A stretch of 64,000 nucleotides of DNA from Candidatus Marinacidobacterales bacterium (GTDB lineage: Bacteria; Acidobacteriota; Vicinamibacteria; Marinacidobacterales; DATDRI01): NCBI GenBank assembly GCA_965226495.1, contig OZ245365.1, positions 2,304,001 to 2,368,000 of the forward strand. Reading direction: 5' to 3'. The notes under the pieces are model-generated. The model was not told where the DNA came from, ran no database searches, and worked only from the letters and a program-made list of their open reading frames with translations. This document shows positions 10,701-19,605 of this stretch, one piece after another. Position 1 is the first letter of the stretch. Each line of letters begins with the position of its first letter. The position numbers and the translations under genes were made by a program.

Positions 10701-10991
10701 TAGGCCTCCTTTCTAAATTATGACAGGATGACGCAATCCCTTATGACCATAAGGCGCGCCCTGTTTTCCTATCCTTATTATGTCTGTTCCTGCACGCCGG
10801 CCACGGCCGGTGTACATGGGACAAGGTCCCGTCGTAGCGCCTTCGCGGGTGTCTCGATTGAGTCACCACTCCGCGCTCTTCGCTGTACTTTGATGTCACT
10901 CAGTGACAACGATATATGGTGTAAATGGTTGATGATACTACAGAAAGGCTAATCGGCGGGGGTCCGCGTAAGTCGTTGAAAAATACTGATT

Positions 10992-11040
10992 TGGATTCCT
11001 AATCCGTAGGTCGGAGGTTCAAGTCCTCTCAGGCGTACCA
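10992..11040 (+). other. 3' fragment of tRNA-Arg(CCT); probable att site (not a complete tRNA)
   Basis: Anticodon arm TGGA-TTCCTAA-TCCG, T-arm GGAGG-TTCAAGT-CCTCT and 3' CAGGCGT-A-CCA. No D-arm or 5' acceptor strand upstream. Confidence 0.85.
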
Positions 11041-11044
11041 TTTG

Positions 11045-12103
11045 ATGAGAAGATTATCGATTGTTCCTCTCATTCTTCTAGCCGGACCTGTTTACTCTTC
11101 GCAAACGACTGAAGCCCCGCTCCCTGTCAAAGTCGTCGTCGTCGCGATGTTCGAACCTGGCGATGATGTCGGTGACCGCCCAGGGGAATTTCAAAACTGG
11201 GTGGAACAGTTCCCACTTCCCGAGACCGTCCCTTTTCCCCAGGGATACCGGAGTCTCCGGTACAGTGAACACGGCGTGCTTGGCGTGGTGACCGGCATCG
11301 GAACCGCGCGTGCCGCCGCCACCGTCATGGCACTGGGGATGGATCCTCGTTTTGACCTGAGCAGAGCCTATTGGCTCGTAGCTGGCATCGCAGGAGCCGA
11401 CCCTGCGGATATGTCGCTCGGATCAGTCGCGTGGGCCGAATGGCTGGTGGACGGGGACATCGCCCACGAAATCGATGTTCGTGAAGCCCCCCGGGATTGG
11501 CCTACGGGTTACGTTCCGTTGCGCAAATCCTTTCCCTATGAACAACCTCGCCCGGAAGACGACGAAGGAGCGGTTTATCGTCTCAATGCCGGCCTCATGG
11601 GATGGGCTTTTGAGCTTACCGAAGACATTGAGCTTCAAGATATAGAGGACATGAAAGTGTTGCGCTCGCGATACGTCGGTTTCCCGAACGCCCAGAGACC
11701 GCCCTTTGTCCTGAAAGGTGACAACATGGCCTCCTCTACTTTCTGGCACGGTCGACTGCTTACCGATTGGGCCAACGCCTGGGTGGAGTACTGGACCAAC
11801 GACGAGGGAAATTTCGTCACCTCGGCTATGGAAGATACTGGCACTCACCAGGCCCTCAATTTCCTTGCACAAGCGGGAAAGGTCGACCCGTCCCGTCTCT
11901 TGGTCTTGCGCGCCGCGAGCAACTACGTCATGCCGTACGAAGGCCTGACCGCCGCGGAAAGCCTCGCCGGTGAAAAAAAGGACAAGGGCTACTCCGCCTA
12001 CTTTCCTTCGCTCGAGAACGCCTATCGAGTAGGCAGTACCGTAGTCGAGGAACTCGTGAGGAACTGGGCTACATATGAAGATAACGTTCCCACGGTGAAG
12101 TAG
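11045..12103 (+). CDS. Purine nucleoside permease (NUP family), secreted
   Basis: Signal peptide; VKVVVVAMFE, DPRFDLSRAYWLVAGIAG and TSAMEDTG motifs. Confidence 0.88.
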   Translation: MRRLSIVPLILLAGPVYSSQTTEAPLPVKVVVVAMFEPGDDVGDRPGEFQNWVEQFPLPETVPFPQGYRSLRYSEHGVLGVVTGIGTARAAATVMALGMDPRFDLSRAYWLVAGIAGADPADMSLGSVAWAEWLVDGDIAHEIDVREAPRDWPTGYVPLRKSFPYEQPRPEDDEGAVYRLNAGLMGWAFELTEDIELQDIEDMKVLRSRYVGFPNAQRPPFVLKGDNMASSTFWHGRLLTDWANAWVEYWTNDEGNFVTSAMEDTGTHQALNFLAQAGKVDPSRLLVLRAASNYVMPYEGLTAAESLAGEKKDKGYSAYFPSLENAYRVGSTVVEELVRNWATYEDNVPTVK

Positions 12104-12108
12104 AAGCG

Positions 12109-12132
12109 CAAATCTTGTCCGGACAAGATTTG
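12109..12132. terminator. Perfect 24-bp palindrome between convergent genes; probable bidirectional terminator
   Basis: CAAATCTTGTCCGGACAAGATTTG equals its own reverse complement. Confidence 0.6.
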
Positions 12133-13511
12133 TTACTGCCCGTCTCGCCGTTCCTTCCCTGTCTCAACTGCGTAACTCATATCCCGCGTCGGAACGATCA
12201 CACCGTTCTGAGTGACGTAGTCTTCCCAAAGGGCGAGCAACTCTCGCCGAATCTCCGGCTCGTCTTCTGAGAGATCGCGAGACTCGGCGACGTCCGTGGA
12301 TAGATTGAAGAGCTCCCAACGCTCGGGGCCGTACGGTTCGAAGAACCACGTGAGTTTCCACCGACCCCTGCGAATCGCCCGCCGCCCGAAGAGTTCCCAC
12401 GCCATGACGAAGTTTTTGTCGTCGTGAATGGATACCGCGCGCCCGGTCAAGAAAGGTAGCATCGACGTCCCCTCGATAAGGGCTATGTCTCGCCCTTGGT
12501 AGGTGGTTCCAGGATGTTCGACTCCCGCAAGCTCCAGTAGCGTTGGGGCGACGTCTTTGACCGTTGCGATGCGATCGCTCCGTTCGCCGTCATGGTTTAG
12601 GCTAGGAAAACGCACGATGGCCGGGACCCTAACGCCTCCTTCGGTCGGAAACGTTTTGAACAATCGGAATGGTGCCACGACGGCTTGCGCCCACCCCGGG
12701 CTGTAGTAGACGTAGGAGTTGACACGTCCGATGTTCTGGTGGCTGTTATCGAAACGCCTCTCGATCCAACCATCTTCGTCGACCATCTGGGCGAGTGGAT
12801 TCCCCTCCGGACCGTTGTCGGAGGCAAAGAAGATGAAGGTGTTTTCGAGCTCGCCAGACTGATGGAGAAAATCGATCAAGCGGCCGATGTTGTGATCCAG
12901 GTTCTCCACCATGGCGGCGTAGATCTCCATGGTACGCGTCGAAGCTTTTCGTTCTTCTTCGGACAGCTCGTCCCAGGGGCTTTCGAAAGGAATCCGATCT
13001 GGGAGCGTTGCGGTGGAAGGAATGAGACCTTGCTGCTTGGCGTTCTGGAAACGCCGCGCGCGATGCTCGTCGTAACCTCCGTCGTAGACGCCCTGGTATT
13101 TGTTCAAGTACTCGTCGGGAACCTGGAGCGGCCAATGGGGAGACGTGTAGGCGGCGTAAGCGAAGAAAGGCTCGGCGTTCGCGCTCAAGCCGTCCCGCAT
13201 GTACTCGATGAGCCTGTCGGTGTAAAACGGCTCGAGTAGAAATCGTCCGGCAAGCTGATCTCCTGTCCGTCTTCGCGATAGGGAGCCGGGTGGTCCATCT
13301 CGATGTTCCTTACAGCGTCACTGAAGTGCGAGGCACCACCCGGAAGCAGTGCAAACGAACGTTCGAAGCCACGGCGGTGTGGCCCCTGGTGTTCCTCCCT
13401 TCCTAAATGCCATTTTCCAACCATATAGGTGCGATAGCCGCTGTCCCGAAGCAGCGTCGGAAAGGTGACGACGCGGTCGTTGAGGACACCCTCATATCCG
13501 GGCTGTCCGAC
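12133..13511 (-). pseudogene. Arylsulfatase (AtsA-like), 5'-truncated and frameshifted
   Basis: GQPGYEGVLN...MVGKWHLG, YTSPHWPLQ, SDNG and EGGVRVP motifs. One-base frameshift at the A4 run 13224-13227. In-frame stop at 13512-13514 with no N-terminal CxPxR region. Confidence 0.85.
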
Positions 13512-13546
13512 TTATATGCCAAGAGTGAAGGCAATGAAGAAATGCC

Positions 13547-15496
13547 TCATCGGCGCCTGTTATAGCCCATCACCTTGAGTGCGCCCGCGATCTCTTCGAG
13601 GATCGTCGGATCGTCGATTGTGGCCGGCATCTTGTAGTCTTCGCCATCGGCGATCTTCTTCATCGTACCGCGCAAGATTTTTCCGGAGCGTGTCTTGGGC
13701 AGCCGTTGAACGACGGTTGCGATCTTGAAAGCAGCGACAGGTCCGATCTTGTCTCGAACCATCTGGATGGCTTCTTTAACGATCTCGGTGTCATCGCGCT
13801 CGACACCAGACTTGAGGACGAGTAGCCCGAGGGGTAGTTCTCCTTTGAGCTCGTCGGCCACGCCAATCACTGCGCACTCGGCGACGTCGGGATGGGCGGA
13901 GAGAACTTCCTCCATCGCTCCGGTAGAGAGGCGGTGGCCCGCGACATTGATAATGTCGTCGGTCCTCGACATGACATATACGTAGCCGTCTTCGTCGATA
14001 AATCCGGCGTCGGCGGTTTTGTAGAAACCGGGGAACTCGGTGAGGTAGGCCTCGACGAATCGTTCGTCGGCGTTCCAAAGAGTAGGAAATGTGCCGGGTG
14101 GCAATGGCAATTTGAGAACCAAGGCACCGATCGTTCCCGATTCCACCTCGTGACAGTTTTGGTCCACAACACGTACGTCCCAGCCCGGCGCGGGCTTGGT
14201 GGGTGAGCCGTGTTTCACGGGTAGAGCCTCGATTCCAAGGCAATTGGAGCAAATCGCCCAGCCGGTCTCCGTCTGCCACCAATGGTCGATGACTGGAACG
14301 CCTAGGTTCCGTTCCGCCCACTGGAGGGTGTCGGGATCGGATCGCTCCCCGGCCAGAAACAGAGATTTGAAACCGGAGAGGTCGTACTTCTTGATGAGCT
14401 CGCCGTCCGGATCCTCCTTCTTGATGGCACGGAACGCGGTGGGTGCGGTGAAGAGTGTGCGGACACGGTGCTGAGAGATGACTCGCCAAAAGGCACCGGC
14501 GTCGGGCGTTCCTACTGGTTTTCCCTCATAGAGCACGGTCGTGTTTCCGTTGAATAACGGGCCATAGACGATGTAGGAGTGGCCCACGACCCAACCCACA
14601 TCGGATGCAGCCCAGTAAACGTCGCCAGGATTCACATCGTAGATATGCTTCATGGACCATTTCAGGGCGACGAGATGCCCGCCATTGTCACGAACGACGC
14701 CCTTCGGCTCGCCGGTGGTACCGGACGTATAAAGAATGTAGAGAGGATCCGTCGATGCTACGGGTACGCAATCATGGGGCTTGGCTGACGCCGCGGTTTC
14801 GTTCCAGTCGAGATCGCGGCCGGGGACGAGCTCTGCCTTCTCCATTGAACGTTGCAGAATGATGCACTTGTCCGGTTTGTGGTGGGCCAAGGTGATGGCT
14901 TCGTCGAGAAGAGGCTTGTATCGGATGACGCGCGTGACCTCAATCCCACAGGAGGCCGAAACGATCACTTTGGGCTTCGCGTCGTCGATGCGGACCGCCA
15001 ATTCGTTCGGCGCGAATCCGCCGAAGACCACGGAGTGCACCGCACCCAACCGGGCGCACGCCAGCATCGCCACCACAGTTTGCGGAACCATCGGCATGTA
15101 GATGACGACGCGGTCGCCTTTTTGGACGCCTTGTCCCGCCAGGCACCCTGCGAAGCGCGCGACCTCATCGCGCAGCTCACGATACGTGAAGGTTTGGATC
15201 GTGTCCGTGACCGGGCTGTCGTAAATGAGAGCCGCTTGATCCGCCCGGCCGTTCTCGACGTGCAGATCGAGGGCGTTGTAGCAGGTGTTCAGCTCGCCGC
15301 CGGTGAACCAGCGATAGAAGGGTTTCTTGCTGTCGTCGAAGACTTTGTCCCACTTCTTGGTCCAGTGAACGGCCTCGGCTGCCTCTGCCCAGAACCTGCT
15401 TGGATCCTCGAGCGAGCGTGTGTAGGTGGTCACGTAGTCCCTCGTGCCCCTCGTGCCCCTCATGCCCCTCATGCCCCTCATGGTTGACTGGCTCAT
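13547..15496 (-). CDS. prpE: Propionyl-CoA synthetase / acetate-CoA ligase family
   Basis: YILYTSGTTGEPKG, DHWWQTETG, RTDDIINVAGHRLS and LPKTRSGK motifs. Confidence 0.9.
   Translation of the reverse strand: MSQSTMRGMRGMRGTRGTRDYVTTYTRSLEDPSRFWAEAAEAVHWTKKWDKVFDDSKKPFYRWFTGGELNTCYNALDLHVENGRADQAALIYDSPVTDTIQTFTYRELRDEVARFAGCLAGQGVQKGDRVVIYMPMVPQTVVAMLACARLGAVHSVVFGGFAPNELAVRIDDAKPKVIVSASCGIEVTRVIRYKPLLDEAITLAHHKPDKCIILQRSMEKAELVPGRDLDWNETAASAKPHDCVPVASTDPLYILYTSGTTGEPKGVVRDNGGHLVALKWSMKHIYDVNPGDVYWAASDVGWVVGHSYIVYGPLFNGNTTVLYEGKPVGTPDAGAFWRVISQHRVRTLFTAPTAFRAIKKEDPDGELIKKYDLSGFKSLFLAGERSDPDTLQWAERNLGVPVIDHWWQTETGWAICSNCLGIEALPVKHGSPTKPAPGWDVRVVDQNCHEVESGTIGALVLKLPLPPGTFPTLWNADERFVEAYLTEFPGFYKTADAGFIDEDGYVYVMSRTDDIINVAGHRLSTGAMEEVLSAHPDVAECAVIGVADELKGELPLGLLVLKSGVERDDTEIVKEAIQMVRDKIGPVAAFKIATVVQRLPKTRSGKILRGTMKKIADGEDYKMPATIDDPTILEEIAGALKVMGYNRRR
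15438..15482 (-). repeat. 5 x 9-bp in-frame tandem repeat (MRG MRG MRG TRG TRD) at the 5' end of prpE
   Basis: CCCCTCATG / CCCCTCGTG units on the + strand. Confidence 0.95.
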
Positions 15497-15523
15497 GCGA
15501 TCGTCCTTCGAAGCCCTTCCAAA

Positions 15524-16831
15524 CTAGCGCACGCGGCGGCGTTGCATGTCCGCCTTCTCCATCACGCCGATCGCGACCTTCACGCCCATGCCCGCCTCAC
15601 CCCACCCGAGATCGAGTCGGACCATGTTGACAAAGGGAATAATCGCCCGTAGTCCAAACCCGTACCCACCAATGAAGCTGGGCATGAACTGCTCTCCGTC
15701 GTTCCAGGCGGTCCCGAGATCACCGAACGCGGCTAACTGTAACCCTAGAAATCCGGAAAAACCGAAAATCGATCCGGAACGGGGGGCCATCAACTCGTAG
15801 CGATATTCCAGAGCGTTGAGGAATTGGTTCTTGCCTTCTCGAGCGCCGAGAGTCCAGCCCCGGACCGTGTTGGTGCCCCCGATGTTGAATTGTAGATAGA
15901 CCGGTATGTCTTCGCCTACCGTACCGGTGCGCAACGACGCGAGGGAGAAGACGGCAAGCGTATGGCGGGTAGCGAGCGGCTGGTATCTCCGAGCGTCGAT
16001 GGTGTATGTCCAAAAGTCACTGTCGCCGCCGAGGATCCCACTCTTGGATAGGACGAACTGGTTCTGCCACCCTTCGTGTGGGTTCGAGATCACGTCTCGA
16101 CTGTCGTAAGCAATGAAGAAGCCAAGGGCGGGAATCTCGTCTTTGTTGCTGGACGAGAGAGTCACGCCACCGGTGTCGCTTTTGACGGACAGAAAGTTGA
16201 AGATGGCGCCGAAACGGCCGGTCTCGCCCCACCTCCGACCGAAACCGACTTCGAAGTCAGTGGAGACCTCTTGGAATTCGTAGACCTCATTGAAACGGTC
16301 GCGGTAAACGAAGGCTCCTTCGTAAGCCATGCGTGATCCCAGAAACAAAGGCGTTTCTGCCCTCAGTTCCACGACGGTCTGGCCGCCGAACCGGGCCGCG
16401 GCCGACATCTTGATGGCTCTACCCAGGAGGTTGACCGACTTGAGGCCTGGCCCTACCGCCGTGCCGTTTTCTTCCGTAATCTCAATGCTCAGAGTTGGCA
16501 GATACGGGAAAATCTCTCTGACGTCGATCTGAAGAACGACACCTTCGCCTTCGGCGATGGCGTTGAATTTCACAGAGCTGAAAACACCGAGCCGATCCAA
16601 CCGGTCCGGATCCCGATCGGCATTCACCGCAAGGTACGGCTGGCCTTCCTTGGAAGCGAGCTCTCTGATGACGAGCTCTTTTTTCGTATGGCGCAAGCCG
16701 GAGATTTCTATTCTCTTTAGAATCCTTCCCCAAAGAGACTGCTCGTCCTGTGCGGCAGTTGCCGGCGCCACGGCGAGTATGAGCAACCACGAGGTCAACG
16801 CTAGTCTGGCACCGGACTTGGAGGCGAACAT
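15524..16831 (-). CDS. Omp85 (BamA/TamA) family outer-membrane protein with a single POTRA domain
   Basis: Signal peptide; IEISGLRHTK...RLGVFSSV POTRA; IGGTNTVRGW lid motif; FGDLG and beta-barrel C-terminus. Confidence 0.88.
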   Translation of the reverse strand: MFASKSGARLALTSWLLILAVAPATAAQDEQSLWGRILKRIEISGLRHTKKELVIRELASKEGQPYLAVNADRDPDRLDRLGVFSSVKFNAIAEGEGVVLQIDVREIFPYLPTLSIEITEENGTAVGPGLKSVNLLGRAIKMSAAARFGGQTVVELRAETPLFLGSRMAYEGAFVYRDRFNEVYEFQEVSTDFEVGFGRRWGETGRFGAIFNFLSVKSDTGGVTLSSSNKDEIPALGFFIAYDSRDVISNPHEGWQNQFVLSKSGILGGDSDFWTYTIDARRYQPLATRHTLAVFSLASLRTGTVGEDIPVYLQFNIGGTNTVRGWTLGAREGKNQFLNALEYRYELMAPRSGSIFGFSGFLGLQLAAFGDLGTAWNDGEQFMPSFIGGYGFGLRAIIPFVNMVRLDLGWGEAGMGVKVAIGVMEKADMQRRRVR

Positions 16832-16872
16832 AGAGGTCGGTGCAGTCTATATTGCCGCTTCAGTCGAATCTA

Positions 16873-18012
16873 CTAGGGGAGAATTGTTTTGAGGCAGGTG
16901 ATGAAACGCTCGAGGTCTTGGTCGGTATTGTAGAGGTGTGGTGTTACACGAAGCGACGAGCCACGTACGCTGCAATAGACATTGTCCGCGGCGAGACGGG
17001 AGGGGAGGTCGGCCGGCGCGTTCGTGGGAAGTCTGAGGCACAGATAGTGGCCAGCGCGCAGGGACGCGGGGAGGCACTCGAGACCCAAGGAGCTTGTCTC
17101 ATCGGCCAAGCGCTTGGTCATGCTCGCGACGCTGTCACGGATACTCTCTACTCCCCATTCGAGAATCTGCCGAATCGCAGCATCAGCCATGGGAAGGAGT
17201 GCGAAATTCGACCGCTCTCCCACATCGAAACGGCGAGCGCCGGCCGCGAATCGATCCTCGTAGCCGGCCAACGCCGAGAAGTTCTCGGCGTTCCGGCGAT
17301 GGTACCAACTGTGTTCGATGGGGAGGCTGTCTTGCCAGCGCTTGGAGACATAAAGAAATCCTAGAGAGTAAGAGCCCAGGAGCCACTTGTAAGTGGGGAC
17401 TGCGAGAAAGTCCGGCTGGATTTCTTGCACCGAGAACGGGAGGACACCGAGAGACTGACTCGCGTCGACGACGAGGTGCGTTCCCCGCTTGCGGCACTGC
17501 TCTCCGATTGCAGCGAGGTCGAAGAGGCCGCCGTCCGTCCAATGACAGTGTGCCAGGGCCACCGTAGCCGTGTCGTCATCGAGCGCCTCGAGCACCGCCG
17601 ATGTCCAGTCTCCGTCGCCGGGCCTGGGAACGATCTTGACGTGGGCGCCGACTTCCTTGGCTCGCTCTCGCCAAGGATAGTAATTCGATGGGAATTGCTC
17701 CTCGGCGACGAGAATGGACTGGCCTTTCTCGAGCGGCAGGATGCGGGCCGCCGTCGAGATGCCGTAGCTCACGGCCGGGGTGATGGCAACATCCTCTGCC
17801 GTGCAACGGATCAATCCAGCGAAGACCTCTCTCAAGGACTCGGATTCCGTGAAGAAGTCGGGAGGACTGATCTCCCAGGGCGCGGCTTTCCGCATCACGC
17901 CACGTTTGCCGGCCTCTGTCACCGACTGCATCAGAGGGGACATGTAGGCGCAGTTCAAGTAGGTCACATCGTCCGGTATGTCGAAGAGCGCCCGCTGGTT
18001 CGGAAGAATCAA
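16873..18012 (-). CDS. Class V PLP-dependent aminotransferase (cysteine desulfurase/selenocysteine lyase-like)
   Basis: YLNCA, VVDASQSLG, YKWLLG and LRVTPHLYN motifs. Confidence 0.9.
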   Translation of the reverse strand: MILPNQRALFDIPDDVTYLNCAYMSPLMQSVTEAGKRGVMRKAAPWEISPPDFFTESESLREVFAGLIRCTAEDVAITPAVSYGISTAARILPLEKGQSILVAEEQFPSNYYPWRERAKEVGAHVKIVPRPGDGDWTSAVLEALDDDTATVALAHCHWTDGGLFDLAAIGEQCRKRGTHLVVDASQSLGVLPFSVQEIQPDFLAVPTYKWLLGSYSLGFLYVSKRWQDSLPIEHSWYHRRNAENFSALAGYEDRFAAGARRFDVGERSNFALLPMADAAIRQILEWGVESIRDSVASMTKRLADETSSLGLECLPASLRAGHYLCLRLPTNAPADLPSRLAADNVYCSVRGSSLRVTPHLYNTDQDLERFITCLKTILP

Positions 18013-19118
18013 TGGGATTTGACCTCGGTTAAAATATCGTTCAGGACCTCGAGCGCTTGTGGAAAACCGTCGTCACAAGCTCCGAAGCCCAACCGGAAGT
18101 GTGGGGGATAGCCGAAGCAATCTCCGGGGGCCAATAGAACGCCGCGCCCGGCGGCCGCCTTGCACATGCGGCGGGCATCTTCACCACTGACCAGATTAGG
18201 AAATCCAGTCAACCCGCCCTCCGGGCGGACCCAAGCGAGAACATCTTTTTGCTCCTCGAAGAACCTATCGAGGAGTGCGAGATTGGTAGTGGCGACCGCC
18301 TTCGCTTGGGCGAAGAGCCTCTCGCGGTTTCGAACTGCTGTCGCAGCCAGTGCTTCACTCACCGAGCTGTTGCTGATTGTGAAGTAGGCGCGTGAGTGCC
18401 AGTACCGTTCTCTGCGTGCCTCGTCCCGTTCGACGAACCAGCCGACGCGGAGACCGCTGAGGCTAAACGCCTTGGAGAAGTCGCCGAGGATCGTGGCATG
18501 GGGGAGCACCGTGGCAGAAGGGAAGTCGGCGTTGAAGTAGATGGGATGGTAGACCTGGTCGACGACGAATTGGACGTCCCGATCGGCGACGAAGTCATGG
18601 AGCTCACGCAACGTCTCCGGTGTGGCGATCGCACCGGTTGGATTGTGTGGGGAGTTCACAAGAAGTAGCTTCGTATTGTCGTCCACTAAACGCTTCACTT
18701 CATCGACATCGATCCGGAAGTCGTTCTCGGGTCGGAGCTCGTACGTTCGGGCCTCGACCCCCAGTGCTCTCGCAAGCTCGGTGAACGTAGGGAAACAGGG
18801 GCTCGGCACAACGATATTGGCGTCGGGCTCTGCGGCCATGAAGAAAAGGATGTGGAGCGCTTCGGAGGCCCCGGTTACGATTTGGATGTCTTCAGGTTGG
18901 ACACCCTCCATTTCTGCTAGCGCCTCCCTTAGCGGTTCGGTGCCATCGGCAGATGTGTAGGACACCGGCCCGTCTAGGAAACGTTGTTTCTCGCTGGGCG
19001 TCATGAGCTCCAGGAGTCCTCTTACCGTCCAAGCCGGTCCTGTACTCGCCGCTAGGTTGTAAGGAACGTGTTCGTACTCCTCGAGCCATTGATCTAAGAG
19101 AAAGGGTTTGACTTGCAT
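18009..19118 (-). CDS. Class I/II PLP-dependent aminotransferase
   Basis: NSPHNPTG, DQVY and FSKAFSLSGLRVGW motifs. The ATG at 19118 is preferred over the longer ORF-track start. Confidence 0.9.
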   Translation of the reverse strand: MQVKPFLLDQWLEEYEHVPYNLAASTGPAWTVRGLLELMTPSEKQRFLDGPVSYTSADGTEPLREALAEMEGVQPEDIQIVTGASEALHILFFMAAEPDANIVVPSPCFPTFTELARALGVEARTYELRPENDFRIDVDEVKRLVDDNTKLLLVNSPHNPTGAIATPETLRELHDFVADRDVQFVVDQVYHPIYFNADFPSATVLPHATILGDFSKAFSLSGLRVGWFVERDEARRERYWHSRAYFTISNSSVSEALAATAVRNRERLFAQAKAVATTNLALLDRFFEEQKDVLAWVRPEGGLTGFPNLVSGEDARRMCKAAAGRGVLLAPGDCFGYPPHFRLGFGACDDGFPQALEVLNDILTEVKSH

Positions 19119-19221
19119 TCGTGTTCTCCCAAACTTTAATTCAATATTTTGATTTCCTTTACGCTCCCTCAATTCGGCATTATAACGAACTCGGACCCCT
19201 CAGCCCGAGCGCAGCGCGAGC

Positions 19222-19251
19222 GACCCGACTTCGCCAAGGCTTCGTCGGGTC
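19222..19251. repeat. REP-like hairpin
   Basis: GACCCGAC-TTCGCCAAGGCTTC-GTCGGGTC followed by a T-run; intergenic. Confidence 0.55.
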
Positions 19252-19523
19252 CGTTTTTGTATTCGCATTGGTGGTTCCCACGGGCATGGCCCGCTCGATG
19301 GCCTCGGAAGGAATGTATCGCGACCTGGCCGGTTTTCGCGTGTTGATGAACAGGTAGTTTCTCGCCTGAATAGGACCGGCCCCAGCCGGTGGCTTCGCTT
19401 GCCTGGACGAGGTCGATGGTTTACTTGTCCCCGAGACTCCTGTCTTATACTGCAATGCGCGCTCGGAAAAGCAATTCTTGCTTTTCGGTTCATGAGGCCA
19501 TAGATTTGTCACCGCGATGACCC

Positions 19524-19571
19524 ATGCCTCTAAGTCCGGGAACTCGGCTCGGCCCGTACGAAATCCTCTGA
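19524..19571 (+). pseudogene. 15-codon stub of a Ser/Thr kinase N-terminus (MPLSPGTRLGPYEIL*)
   Basis: Matches the starts of the array genes (MALDAGTKLGPYEIL, MPLTPGTRLGNYEIV). Confidence 0.75.
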
Positions 19572-19605
19572 ACTAGGGGCGATTTTGAAACGGCTTCAGT
19601 AAAAA

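Noticed and set aside
10728-10952. 74-aa ORF next to the att site
   Set aside because: No recognisable motif; it overlaps the putative arm-type repeats.
10940-11040. Complete tRNA gene
   Set aside because: There is no D-arm or 5' acceptor strand; only the 3' portion is present.
19180-19512. Short overlapping ORFs in the intergenic region
   Set aside because: No recognisable motifs; the region is explained by a REP hairpin, promoter-like DNA and the kinase stub.
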